From: Clostridia bacterium
Lineage (GTDB): Bacteria > Bacillota > Clostridia > TANB77 > CAG-465
Length of the DNA: 64,000 bases
Assembly (NCBI GenBank): GCA_017626395.1
Contig: JAGAIU010000055.1
Coordinates: 21,852-85,851 of the forward strand
Reading direction: 5' to 3'
The position numbers were made by a program, and so were the translations under genes. This document shows, in pieces, positions 37,106-46,710 of this stretch. The notes under the pieces were generated by a model. The model did not search any database and had not been told where the DNA came from. It saw nothing but the letters and a program-made list of their open reading frames with translations. The first letter of the stretch is position 1; each line of letters opens with the position of its first letter.

Positions 37106-38593
37106 TCACCTACTTTTAGTTAAATTATTAGTAAGGATTTTTTGTCTTGTTTTATCTTTAGATATATTCATTCTCCCAAATAAATTCTTTTTAGCTTCTG
37201 TTAGATTAAATGGTGCTATTGGATAAGTAAAAGGCTTGCTATAACTTTTAGTATCAACTAAACTTATAATAAGTAAAATAGAAGCTATACCTATTCCTAT
37301 TATTCCACATAGACTTGAAAATAGCATAAATATTATTCGCCATTTTCTTAAAGCATTTAACATATTTATATCCGAAAACATAAGTCCAGATATTGTAGTA
37401 ATTGCTACTACTATAATCATAATTGGCGATACTATTCCAGCACTTACAGCTGCATCTCCAAGTATTAAAGCACCGACTATTGATAATGTATTCCCCGTTA
37501 CTTTATTTGCTCTTAAATCACTTTCTTTTAAAATTTCAAAAGCAAATATCATAAAAAGAGCTTCTATAAAAGCCGGAAAAGGGACACCTTCACGTTGAGC
37601 CGTAAAGGATCTTAAAAGTTGGCTTGGAATAGATTCTTGGTTAAATGTTGTTATTGCTAAATATAAAGCCGGAGTCATAATTGTAATAGCTAAAGAAATA
37701 TATCTTACTATTTTAGTTATAGTAACATTTTTAGATTTTTGGTATAAATCATCAACATTATTTATATGATCTTCAAAAAAAGCAGGTAGTATTAAAGCAA
37801 AAGGACTATTATCTACAAGTACTACTATTCTTCCTTGCAATAAATAATATGATACAATATCTGGCCTTTGAGTATTTATCGATATTGGGAAATCTGAATC
37901 GTTTTCTTCCTCTATAAACTCTTGAATATAATTTACATCTAGTATTCCATCTATATCTATATTTTGTATTTTGTTTTCCACATATTTAACAAGGTCTTTT
38001 TTAGCAATATCTGATACATACATTAAAGCTACTTTTGTTTTAGTTTTTCTTCCGACTTGTTGTTCCTTATATACCAAATCTTCACTTTTAATTCTATTAC
38101 GTATTAACCCTACATTCTTCATAATGTTTTCAACAAAAGAATCTTTTGAGCCTCTAATAGAATTTTCACTAGAAGGTTCACTTATACTTCTTGTAAGAGA
38201 TGCTTTAACTTCAACGGCATACACCGACAAATCATATATTATAATTGCAAAGCCAGAAAAAATATATTTAAAAATATCTTCTTTATCTATATCTAATTTC
38301 TTTATTTTATTGATTGAAAGCATATCTTCAAAATGGATTTTATCTTTATTTTCACCTAACTTTTTTAATATTTTCTCTTCTAAACTTATATCTTCTTCCT
38401 GCTCATCTTCTTTTCCATTATTTTTTATACATTCAACAATACTTCTAATAACAAAATTTGAAAGAAGATTAGAATCTGTCATAGCATCACTTGAAATTAA
38501 ATATATTTTTTCTCCTTCAATTTCAAGCTGTCTAAAATATACATCATCTAATTCTTCACACCTACTTTTTATATATTCTAAAATATTATTCAT
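37106..38593 (-). CDS. gerKA: spore germination protein GerA/KA
   Basis: RSISEP, RGSKDSFVE, TQRPD, VDNSP, REGVPFP, SIVGALILGDAAV. Confidence 0.92.
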   Translation of the reverse strand: MNNILEYIKSRCEELDDVYFRQLEIEGEKIYLISSDAMTDSNLLSNFVIRSIVECIKNNGKEDEQEEDISLEEKILKKLGENKDKIHFEDMLSINKIKKLDIDKEDIFKYIFSGFAIIIYDLSVYAVEVKASLTRSISEPSSENSIRGSKDSFVENIMKNVGLIRNRIKSEDLVYKEQQVGRKTKTKVALMYVSDIAKKDLVKYVENKIQNIDIDGILDVNYIQEFIEEENDSDFPISINTQRPDIVSYYLLQGRIVVLVDNSPFALILPAFFEDHINNVDDLYQKSKNVTITKIVRYISLAITIMTPALYLAITTFNQESIPSQLLRSFTAQREGVPFPAFIEALFMIFAFEILKESDLRANKVTGNTLSIVGALILGDAAVSAGIVSPIMIIVVAITTISGLMFSDINMLNALRKWRIIFMLFSSLCGIIGIGIASILLIISLVDTKSYSKPFTYPIAPFNLTEAKKNLFGRMNISKDKTRQKILTNNLTKSR

Positions 38594-38610
38594 GTTAAAT
38601 TCTCCTAATA

Positions 38611-38640
38611 TTGTTATGAGCTTTTGAAGTATTTTTATAC
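38611..38640 (-). promoter_or_regulatory. sigma-G-like forespore promoter of the ger operon
   Basis: GTATA-N17-CATAACAA upstream of gerKA. Confidence 0.45.
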
Positions 38641-38674
38641 AAAAAATAACTTAGATAAAAAAATCTAAGTTATT

Positions 38675-39430
38675 CTAATAATTTCTTTTCCCATTTTGGG
38701 TCATATATACAAAATATTTAGAAAAACTAATTGGAATTATTTTATTACCAAAATACACAATTTTATTTATTGTTCCCGGTATTATAAGTTCATTATTTTT
38801 CAATAATTTATTCACAGCATACTTAGCTACCTTTTCAGAATTACTTGGTGGAATAAAAAAACTAATTCCTAAATCACTATTAAAATTAGTATCAACCGCC
38901 CCCGCACACAATGTTGATACAGTAACATTTATCTTTTTCATTTTCAGTTCTGTATTTATAGCTCTACTCATACTAGTTATATATGCTTTACTTGCATAAT
39001 ATGAGCTCATAAGTGGACCAGGCATAAAACTAATAACAGAAGAAACATTAAGTATTCTTCCCCTATTCTTTTTCACCATATCTTTTAGATATAGCTTTGT
39101 AATTAAATCCGTGGCTATTACATTTAAATTTAGCATACTTATTTCTTTACTAGAATCTATATCATAAAATTCACCATAAAGTCCTACACCTGCATTATTT
39201 ACTACAATATCTATATCATAATCTGATGTCATTTCGTGCAGTTTATACATATTTGAAATTATACTCAAATCTAGTACTATAATCTTAACATCAGTTTTAC
39301 ATTCTTTTTTTAAGTTTAATAAGCAATCTTCTCTTCTTGCTACTACAACTAAATCATAACCTATGTTACTAAGATACCTCGCTATGCTGTAGCCAATACC
39401 AGATGATGCACCAGTAACCAACGCTCTCAT
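38675..39430 (-). CDS. SDR-family oxidoreductase (DltE-like)
   Basis: TGASSGIG, NNAG, NVSS, YYASK; start ATG 39430 with GGAGG SD. Confidence 0.92.
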   Translation of the reverse strand: MRALVTGASSGIGYSIARYLSNIGYDLVVVARREDCLLNLKKECKTDVKIIVLDLSIISNMYKLHEMTSDYDIDIVVNNAGVGLYGEFYDIDSSKEISMLNLNVIATDLITKLYLKDMVKKNRGRILNVSSVISFMPGPLMSSYYASKAYITSMSRAINTELKMKKINVTVSTLCAGAVDTNFNSDLGISFFIPPSNSEKVAKYAVNKLLKNNELIIPGTINKIVYFGNKIIPISFSKYFVYMTQNGKRNY

Positions 39431-39516
39431 TTCTACCTCCATTTTCATATATTATACAACAATTTCTAACCTCTTTTATTTTTCATCTATTTTTCTATCT
39501 TTTACTACTTTTATTA

Positions 39517-39545
39517 CTTTTTTACTATTATATCGTTATCCCCTC
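39517..39545 (-). promoter_or_regulatory. consensus sigma-A promoter of SDR gene
   Basis: TTGACA-N17-TATAAT. Confidence 0.7.
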
Positions 39546-39622
39546 ATCTTGTCAAATATGGCAAAAACTTGAAAAAACGGTCAAATTGTGCTATAATATT
39601 CGCTACGAAAGGTGGTGCACTT

Positions 39623-40321
39623 ATGAATGCAAAAAGAAGATTTTCTTGTGCGTTCGAGGCAGCTACAATTGTGTGCTGTTTGACAGGGGTTTTGTCTAAT
39701 CTTTTAAGAACGTCATCTATTGAGAGTATGTTGTCGTTTTATACAACACAAAGTAACTTATTTGTACTTGCGTTCTACCTAGGAAGTGTCATAATTAAAC
39801 ACTTTAAAACAGATTGGGAAACAACCAATTTATACTATTTCCTAAAAGGAGCTACAGTAATGGTAATTATGCTTACTTTTATTGTATATGTCATATCGCT
39901 ACAACCTCTAAGTTTTGCAATGGACGTAAAGACTTCTTCTGGTAACATATTCAGATTCTCTAACCTATTTGTTCACTTCATTACACCTATAATGGTGCTG
40001 CTAGATTATCTGTTATGTGATGAAAAAGGGCATTTTAAGATGCGATATCCTTTTTTATGGTATTGGTTCCCAGCTGTTTATCCAATCTATGTATATACTT
40101 ATTCCTCCATGGGAGGTAGATTCTTTAGTGTAGGTGGATCTAAAAAGTATGCATATTTCTTTTTAGACGTAGACAAAATCGGGATGTTTGGAGTTATCAA
40201 ATACATTATGATTATTAGTCTATGTTTTCTATTTTTATGTTATATTTTAGTGTTTATAGACAAATCACTTGCAAAGCGCCAAGAAAAGAGATCATCCAAA
40301 CAAAAGAGCGGCTCAATCTGA
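39623..40321 (+). CDS. Pr6Pr/FAR-17a-like membrane protein
   Basis: FYTTQSN, VHFITPIMVLLDY, YAYFFLD; promoter TTGAAA-N17-TATAAT at 39569-39597. Confidence 0.78.
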   Translation: MNAKRRFSCAFEAATIVCCLTGVLSNLLRTSSIESMLSFYTTQSNLFVLAFYLGSVIIKHFKTDWETTNLYYFLKGATVMVIMLTFIVYVISLQPLSFAMDVKTSSGNIFRFSNLFVHFITPIMVLLDYLLCDEKGHFKMRYPFLWYWFPAVYPIYVYTYSSMGGRFFSVGGSKKYAYFFLDVDKIGMFGVIKYIMIISLCFLFLCYILVFIDKSLAKRQEKRSSKQKSGSI

Positions 40322-40351
40322 GTCGCTCTGATTTTTTTATTTTTATACTTA

Positions 40352-41503
40352 TTACATTGCCTCTTTAAACAATTTAATAAAGTCTTCTTTTGTTACTTCT
40401 CTTGGATTTCCAGGCATACAAGCATCAGCCATAGCTTTATCTGCAAGCATATCTAAATCTTCTTCTTTTCCACCAACTTCGCTAACAGTTTGTGTTACAC
40501 CTACTTTTCTAGATAACTCTACAATCATATCAACAAAAGTATCTATAACTCGTTCTTTAGACATATCTTTTGCATCTACATCTAAAGCAATTAAGATTTC
40601 TCTAAATCTTTCGTAACATACTTCACCATTAAATTTCATAACAGTTGGAAGTAATATAGCATTTGCTATACCATGTGGTGTATCATATACAGCACCAAGT
40701 TGATGAGCCATTGAGTGAACTATTCCAAGTCCAACATTTGAGAATCCCATACCAGCTATATATTGTGCAAGCCCCATTTTATCTATTGCTTCTTCATCTT
40801 TTTCATTTACAGCTGCTGGTAAATATTTAAATATTAATTTGATAGCTTCCATATGGAACATATCTGACATAGTATTATGTCCTTTTGTAATATATCCTTC
40901 AACTGCATGAGTTAAAGCATCCATTCCAGTTGCTGCTGCTAAAGATTTAGGCATAGAAGCCATAAGTTCTGTATCAACAATTGCTACAATTGGAATATCA
41001 TGTGGATCAACACATACCATTTTTACTTCTCTATCTTCGTCAGTAATAACATAGTTTATTGTTACTTCTGCAGCAGTACCTGCTGTTGTTGGTAGAGCTA
41101 TAATTGGTAGCCCTTTATTTTTAGTATTAGATAATCCTTCTAAAGATACTATGTCTTCATTTTCTGGATTAGTCATTATTATTGAAATTGCTTTTGCAGT
41201 ATCAATACTAGATCCTCCACCTACTGCAACAATTAAATCAGCTTGTGCTTTTTTACATGCTTCTAAGCCATCCCAAACATTTCTTTTTGTTGGATTAGGC
41301 TTTACATCTGAAAATACTTCATATGCAATTCCTTCTTTATCTAGTAGTTCTGTAATTTTTGTAGTTACTCCTACTTCAAATAATGATTTATCTGTTACTA
41401 CTAAAACTTTATTATATCCTCTTGTTTTAACTTCATCTACAAGAACTTCTCTTGCACCTTTACCAAAATATGATGTTTCATTTAATACGAATTTTGTTGC
41501 CAC
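40352..41503 (-). CDS. fucO: lactaldehyde reductase / Fe-dependent alcohol dehydrogenase
   Basis: FVLNETSYFG, GGGSSID, PTTAGT, GMDALTHAVE, HSMAH, HGIAN; GTG start with AGGAGG SD. Confidence 0.9.
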   Translation of the reverse strand: MATKFVLNETSYFGKGAREVLVDEVKTRGYNKVLVVTDKSLFEVGVTTKITELLDKEGIAYEVFSDVKPNPTKRNVWDGLEACKKAQADLIVAVGGGSSIDTAKAISIIMTNPENEDIVSLEGLSNTKNKGLPIIALPTTAGTAAEVTINYVITDEDREVKMVCVDPHDIPIVAIVDTELMASMPKSLAAATGMDALTHAVEGYITKGHNTMSDMFHMEAIKLIFKYLPAAVNEKDEEAIDKMGLAQYIAGMGFSNVGLGIVHSMAHQLGAVYDTPHGIANAILLPTVMKFNGEVCYERFREILIALDVDAKDMSKERVIDTFVDMIVELSRKVGVTQTVSEVGGKEEDLDMLADKAMADACMPGNPREVTKEDFIKLFKEAM

Positions 41504-41545
41504 TTAAAAAACCTCCTAATTTTATTTTATCTATTTTTTTATATT

Positions 41546-42997
41546 TTATAATATATTTTTTAATACAATTGTTTTAATTTTAGAAACTTCTTCTAATGTT
41601 GTAGCAACACCTTCGTTGCCTATACCACTATTTTTCCAGCCACCAAATGGCATTTCGAAGCTTCTATAGAAACTTGCTCCATTTATTATTGCACCGCCAC
41701 ATTCTAATTTAGCAGCTACTTGCATTCCTAGTTTGTAATCTTTAGTGATTACACAACCACATAGACCGTATGAAGATTGGTTAGCTATTTCTATTGCTTC
41801 TTCAACAGTATCAAATCCAATTACAGGAATTACTGGTCCAAATATTTCCATATCTTTAGCTACATCCATATCTTTTGTAACGTTATCTAAAATAGTTGGT
41901 CCATAGAAAGCAGAATATCTCTTTCCACCACAAACAAGTTTTGCGCCTTGTTCAAGTGTTTTATTAACATACTCTTCTACTCTTTTTGCAGCAGCTATGT
42001 TAATTAGTGGACCCATATCTGTATCAAAGCTTGATGGATCACCAACTTTAAGATTTGCTATTACATCTTTCATTCTATTTATAAATTCTTTCTTTCTAGA
42101 ATTATGAATTAAGAAACGTTTACTTGCACAACATACTTGTCCACCATTGTATAGTCTTCCCCAAGTAGCTTCTTTAACTGCAAGATTCATATCTCCATCT
42201 TCTAGAAGGATAAACGCATCATTTCCACCAAGTTCAAGTAATACATGAGTTAAATTTTGTGAACATGTTGCCATAGTTTGTTTTCCTGCTGCTGTGCTTC
42301 CTGTTAAAGATACACAGTGTACTCCAGGATGTCTAGCTAAAGCTTGTCCACATGTTGGACCATCTCCTGTTAATACTTGAATTGCACCTGCTGGAACACC
42401 AGCTTTAATCATAAGTTTAACATACTCTATTAGAGTAAGTGGGTTATAATTTGATGGTTTAACAATTACAGCATTTCCCATAATTAATGCTGAAGGAACT
42501 TTTTGGCAGAACAAATCACTTGGGAAGTTAAATGGTATTATTGCAGCTATTACACCTAAAGGTTCTCTAGTTGTAATTTGCATACATTTTTCTTGCCCTG
42601 GTTCTGCATCTCCTATTAAACTTTCACCATATAAGTGTTTAGCTTTTTCAACATAACCATAAACACCTGCTCTAACGTTTGCTATTTCACCAATTGCTTC
42701 TTTTATAGGTTTACCTGTTTCGCTAGATAGAAGCCATGCAAGATCATCTGCATTTTCTTCAACTAAATCCACAAATTTTAATAATATTCTTCCTCTTTCA
42801 TGCATTGGTGTTGCTGCCCATTTCTTTTGCTCAATTCGAGCTACTTTAACAGCTTCATCTACATCGGCATCTGAACAATTTGGAACTTTTGCTATTATTT
42901 CTTGAGTAGCAGGGTTATCTACCTCAATATATTTTCCATCTGCAGCATCTTTCCATTCGTAGCCTATTAGATTTTTAGGATTACCCTGTGGAGCTTT
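41546..42997 (-). CDS. aldehyde dehydrogenase (lactaldehyde dehydrogenase-like); frame open up to the FIST TGA, no in-frame start for first 64 codons
   Basis: KNLIGYEW...EVDNPATQE...DVDEAV...W lies upstream of track ATG 42805; PFNFP, KPS, TGST, LELGGND, GQVCC, EIFGP, PFGG. Confidence 0.88.
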   Translation of the reverse strand, partial: KAPQGNPKNLIGYEWKDAADGKYIEVDNPATQEIIAKVPNCSDADVDEAVKVARIEQKKWAATPMHERGRILLKFVDLVEENADDLAWLLSSETGKPIKEAIGEIANVRAGVYGYVEKAKHLYGESLIGDAEPGQEKCMQITTREPLGVIAAIIPFNFPSDLFCQKVPSALIMGNAVIVKPSNYNPLTLIEYVKLMIKAGVPAGAIQVLTGDGPTCGQALARHPGVHCVSLTGSTAAGKQTMATCSQNLTHVLLELGGNDAFILLEDGDMNLAVKEATWGRLYNGGQVCCASKRFLIHNSRKKEFINRMKDVIANLKVGDPSSFDTDMGPLINIAAAKRVEEYVNKTLEQGAKLVCGGKRYSAFYGPTILDNVTKDMDVAKDMEIFGPVIPVIGFDTVEEAIEIANQSSYGLCGCVITKDYKLGMQVAAKLECGGAIINGASFYRSFEMPFGGWKNSGIGNEGVATTLEEVSKIKTIVLKNIL

Positions 42998-44164
42998 TCA
43001 TTTACCAAGACCAGTAAATGATAACATTAATCCTCCGCAAGTATTTCTATCATTATTATTTGAACCATACTCACCAAATGTGAATATTGTCATAAATGGT
43101 ATATCTCCTGCTTCGTCTTTCAATCTCTTAGCAACTTCATCTATTCTATTACCAATTCCAAGTTTTCTTCCTCCACAGTGAACAAGTAAGTATGCTCCTA
43201 CACCATTAGGTAATTTTTCTTTTACTGCTTTCATTGTATCAGTAGTAGAAGTAATAAGTTCATCTACTGAACCTTCCATTTGAACTACTGCTGTACTTTC
43301 AGCCAAGTGGTTACCTATGTTCATAGATAAATCGTCATTTCCAGCCATTGGATGACGGATTGCAACTAAATCTCCAAGTCTATCTTTAACACCAAGTGGT
43401 GCAAGAATAGTTTCAACTAAAAGATTTCCACCCATTAAGTCTTCTACCTTTTTACCAGTCCATTTAGCATATTGCTCTATAGCTGGCATTCCATTTATTT
43501 CTGCTAATTGTCTTTTTCCATTTACTTTAGTTATTACGCCAACATTTTTAGTCTCACGATATGCACCAGTATATACATTTGATACAGGTTTATCTGTATA
43601 GAAGAATGCTACTGCACATCCATCTGCAAATATAACGTCATCTGCATAAATTGACCATTCACCAGATACAGTATTATCTGCTGCTGAGCCTCCAAACATC
43701 GGTACTCTTCCTATTACATCTTCAATTCCTTTTAAGTAATCTTCTTCTTCTTTTGGAGAAGCTACCATATAGAAATATGAAGGTGCGCAAGTTTTACCAG
43801 CATTTTTCATTGCTTCTTGTGCAATTTTTCTACCAGTTTCTCTTGCATCTTTATCAAATGCACTTCCTGCAACTCCTACACTCATTGCACTATCAGATAA
43901 AGCCATAACTCCAACAAATCCATGATCTGAAGTTATATACCCATCTGGTACAATAATACCGCCACTTGAAGTACATCCAACTACAGGGATATCACCTAAG
44001 GCTTCTTTTGCTCCTTCTAATACTTCTTCAACATTATTATCTGCAGAAGTATATAATAGAGCTACTTTTGTTTTTGTTAAGTTTTCTACAGCTTTTTTAG
44101 CAGCTTCTTTACCAGCTTCTTTGCTAGATTTAGCTGTACTCCAACCAACATTTGATTTTAACAT
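42998..44164 (-). CDS. FIST_N/FIST_C domain protein
   Basis: PVVGCTSSG, PMFGGSAAD, EINGMPA, HCGGR, FTFGEYG; start ATG 44164 with GGGGGAG SD. Confidence 0.88.
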   Translation of the reverse strand: MLKSNVGWSTAKSSKEAGKEAAKKAVENLTKTKVALLYTSADNNVEEVLEGAKEALGDIPVVGCTSSGGIIVPDGYITSDHGFVGVMALSDSAMSVGVAGSAFDKDARETGRKIAQEAMKNAGKTCAPSYFYMVASPKEEEDYLKGIEDVIGRVPMFGGSAADNTVSGEWSIYADDVIFADGCAVAFFYTDKPVSNVYTGAYRETKNVGVITKVNGKRQLAEINGMPAIEQYAKWTGKKVEDLMGGNLLVETILAPLGVKDRLGDLVAIRHPMAGNDDLSMNIGNHLAESTAVVQMEGSVDELITSTTDTMKAVKEKLPNGVGAYLLVHCGGRKLGIGNRIDEVAKRLKDEAGDIPFMTIFTFGEYGSNNNDRNTCGGLMLSFTGLGK

Positions 44165-44310
44165 ACAATCTCCCCCTTCGTAAAACATAGTTTACAATTT
44201 AATTTTATCAAGTAGAAAAACATTATTCAATCTATTGTAATTAGATTTCACATTATTTTCAATTAAATTTATTGATTTTTTCAAAAAAATGTACACAGAT
44301 TTATCTAGTG

Positions 44311-44347
44311 TTTACTTTTTATGTAAAGTATGGTATAATATTAATGT
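44311..44347 (+). promoter_or_regulatory. sigma-A promoter, near-duplicate of 7519-7555
   Basis: TTTACT-N17(TG)-TATAAT ATTAATGT. Confidence 0.7.
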
Positions 44348-44395
44348 GCTTGTATATATTATGTTTTTTTAAAATTTTAAAAGGAGGCTGATCGT

Positions 44396-45055
44396 ATGAT
44401 CAAAAAAATTATTAAGAAGGTTTTAGGGATTCTATTATTAGTATTTGTTGGTTTTGGTATATTTCTAGGGTACCAATTTGTGCAGTACAAAAATAGAGAA
44501 GTAGACGATTTAAAAAGAGAAATACAAGCAGAAAGTGAAGTAAAATTACAAGAAGAACTATTGAACAAAGAAATGGAAAAAGCTGAAAATCTAGTAGAGA
44601 CAATAAATAATGATATTGCACTTACTGTATTAAGAACATCTGGAAAAATAACTTTATCTCACGATAAAACACCTGCAAATAATGCATGGACAGAGTGGTT
44701 ATTTAATTCAGATATAAAAGTATATGCAAATTACAATACTGCTTTTACTATTGAAACTAGCAAAATCCAAACTTCCATTTCAGACGATGCAACAGTTACA
44801 ATAACTTTTGATGAAAGAGATATAGAATTATCTTTTATTGATATAACAGATTTTACTACATCAGAAAACAAGAGCGTATTCGGAAGCACCTACAATCCAG
44901 AGCAAGTTGCTGCATTTGAAAGAATAGCACGAGAAAGTATACAAGAGAAAACTAACAGCGATACTAATAGACTACAAGCAAAAGTTAATTTAGAATCCTA
45001 TTTTACAACTTTAGCACAACATTTAAACGTTAACATTAAAGTTAACGAGAAATAA
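44396..45055 (+). CDS. membrane-anchored hypothetical protein (DUF4230-like)
   Basis: N-terminal TM, coiled coil, beta-rich domain, C-terminal helix; AGGAGG SD. Confidence 0.6.
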   Translation: MIKKIIKKVLGILLLVFVGFGIFLGYQFVQYKNREVDDLKREIQAESEVKLQEELLNKEMEKAENLVETINNDIALTVLRTSGKITLSHDKTPANNAWTEWLFNSDIKVYANYNTAFTIETSKIQTSISDDATVTITFDERDIELSFIDITDFTTSENKSVFGSTYNPEQVAAFERIARESIQEKTNSDTNRLQAKVNLESYFTTLAQHLNVNIKVNEK

Positions 45056-45082
45056 CATTAAGCAGTTCAAATTGAACTGCTT

Positions 45083-45592
45083 TTATTTTTTATATACCCC
45101 TATAACAGTACTATTTTCTTCTACATCTTTTAATACAATAGCTCCCGCACCAATTTTAACGTTGTCTCCAATATTTATCGGTCCAAGAATTTTTGAACCA
45201 CATCCTACCATTACATTATTTCCAAGTGTAGGATGTCTCTTAATTAAATCTTTTCCTGTTCCACCTAAGGTTGCTTGATGATATATTGTGCAGTCATCTC
45301 CTATCTTTGAAGTTTCTCCAATTACGATTCCCATACCATGATCTATAAATAATCTCTTACCTATTTTTGCACCTGGATGTATCTCAACTCCTGTAAAAAA
45401 TCTTCCCGTTTGAGAAATTAATCTAGCTAAAAAATATAATTTCTTTTTATATAAAAAATGTGCCACCTTATGATAGACTAGAATGTGAAATCCTGGATAG
45501 AGCAATATCACTTCTAGAACATTTCTTGCTGCTGGATCTTTTCTTGTTATATTCTTTGCATCTCTATATAATGATTTTAAAAAATTTATCAT
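45083..45592 (-). CDS. cysE: serine O-acetyltransferase
   Basis: [38 protein letters not shown]. Confidence 0.93.
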   Translation of the reverse strand: MINFLKSLYRDAKNITRKDPAARNVLEVILLYPGFHILVYHKVAHFLYKKKLYFLARLISQTGRFFTGVEIHPGAKIGKRLFIDHGMGIVIGETSKIGDDCTIYHQATLGGTGKDLIKRHPTLGNNVMVGCGSKILGPINIGDNVKIGAGAIVLKDVEENSTVIGVYKK

Positions 45593-45663
45593 GAAATCAC
45601 CTAAGATATTATATGTTACCAAATTATTTTTGTTATTTATGATATAATATTTTTGGTGATATT

Positions 45664-46392
45664 ATGAATAACGAAGAAAAAATATCTAAATTAAATTCTA
45701 TGATTTCTGAATGCAATAACATTGTATTTTTTGGTGGAGCTGGTGTATCTACAGAAAGTGGAATACCAGATTTTAGAAGCAAAGATGGACTATATAATAT
45801 GAAATATGATTATCCACCAGAAGAAATACTTAGTCATACATTCTTTATAGAAAATACAAGTGAGTTCTACAGATTTTACAAAGACAAAATGAATTCTTTA
45901 AAATATGAACCTAATATTACACATTACAAACTAGCTGAACTTGAAAACTCTGGAAAACTTAAAGCTATAATTACTCAAAATATAGATGGTCTTCATCAAA
46001 AAGCAGGTTCAAAGAATGTCCTAGAGCTCCATGGAAGCGTTTTAAGGAACTTTTGCACAAGATGCAACAAGTTTTATGATGGAGAATTTTTATTCAATTC
46101 TAAGGCGGATATTCCAAAATGTGAATGTGGTGGAATAATAAAGCCAGATGTTGTTTTGTATGAAGAAGGATTAGATGATAATATTTACACTAATTCTTTG
46201 AAAGCCATATCTAATTGTGATATGTTAATAATTGGTGGAACTTCTCTTACTGTATATCCTGCTTCATATCTTATTAATTATTTTAAAGGAAAGCATTTAG
46301 TTTTAATAAATAAAAGTCCTACTTCTATGGATTATAAAGCCGATTTAGTAATAAATGATTCACTTGGAAACGTATTCTCTAAAATTGATTAA
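45664..46392 (+). CDS. cobB: Sir2-family NAD-dependent deacylase
   Basis: GGAGVSTESGIPDFRS, TQNIDGLHQKAG, HGS, KPDVVLYEE, GGTSL. Confidence 0.93.
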   Translation: MNNEEKISKLNSMISECNNIVFFGGAGVSTESGIPDFRSKDGLYNMKYDYPPEEILSHTFFIENTSEFYRFYKDKMNSLKYEPNITHYKLAELENSGKLKAIITQNIDGLHQKAGSKNVLELHGSVLRNFCTRCNKFYDGEFLFNSKADIPKCECGGIIKPDVVLYEEGLDDNIYTNSLKAISNCDMLIIGGTSLTVYPASYLINYFKGKHLVLINKSPTSMDYKADLVINDSLGNVFSKID

Positions 46393-46489
46393 TAATTAAT
46401 CATCTCTCTTGAATTTATGTAAACATAATGTTATAATTATAATGTGGTTAAAATATTTAACTCTAAAATAATTTAAGGAGATGATGAAA

Positions 46490-46666
46490 ATGTGTAAAAA
46501 GAAAGAAAAAATAACTTTCACAATCAACATGATGGACGTTATTAAACATACACGTTCACCTTTTGCTAATACAACATTCACTGGTTGTGGAGCTCATAAG
46601 TCTAAAAAAGACTACAATAGACAAGCTCAAAAGCTTGCTACTAAAAAAGCCCTTTTTGACTACTAA
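46490..46666 (+). CDS. small basic protein, possibly ribosome-binding (ArfA/BrfA-like)
   Basis: AAGGAG SD, terminator right after stop; RSPF...GAHKSKKDYNR. Confidence 0.6.
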   Translation: MCKKKEKITFTINMMDVIKHTRSPFANTTFTGCGAHKSKKDYNRQAQKLATKKALFDY

Positions 46667-46697
46667 GTAGTAATAAATTTTTATTACTGCTTTTTTT
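46667..46697 (+). terminator. intrinsic terminator
   Basis: GTAGTAATAAA/TTTATTACTGC plus T7. Confidence 0.75.
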
Positions 46698-46710
46698 ATT
46701 ATATAAGCAT

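Noticed and set aside
42981-42990. ATTACCCTGT matches half of an I-SceI site
   Set aside because: Only 10 of 18 nt match, with no other vector-like sequence; likely chance.
42998-43000. Genome-wide UGA reassignment or selenocysteine
   Set aside because: TGA ends other genes at natural C-termini (31678, 37106, 40321); the site is non-catalytic with no convincing SECIS.
44234-44254. TGTGAAATCTAATTACA as a Rex or CRP site for the FIST-ALDH-fucO operon
   Set aside because: Spacer is one base too long and the arms are imperfect in AT-rich DNA.
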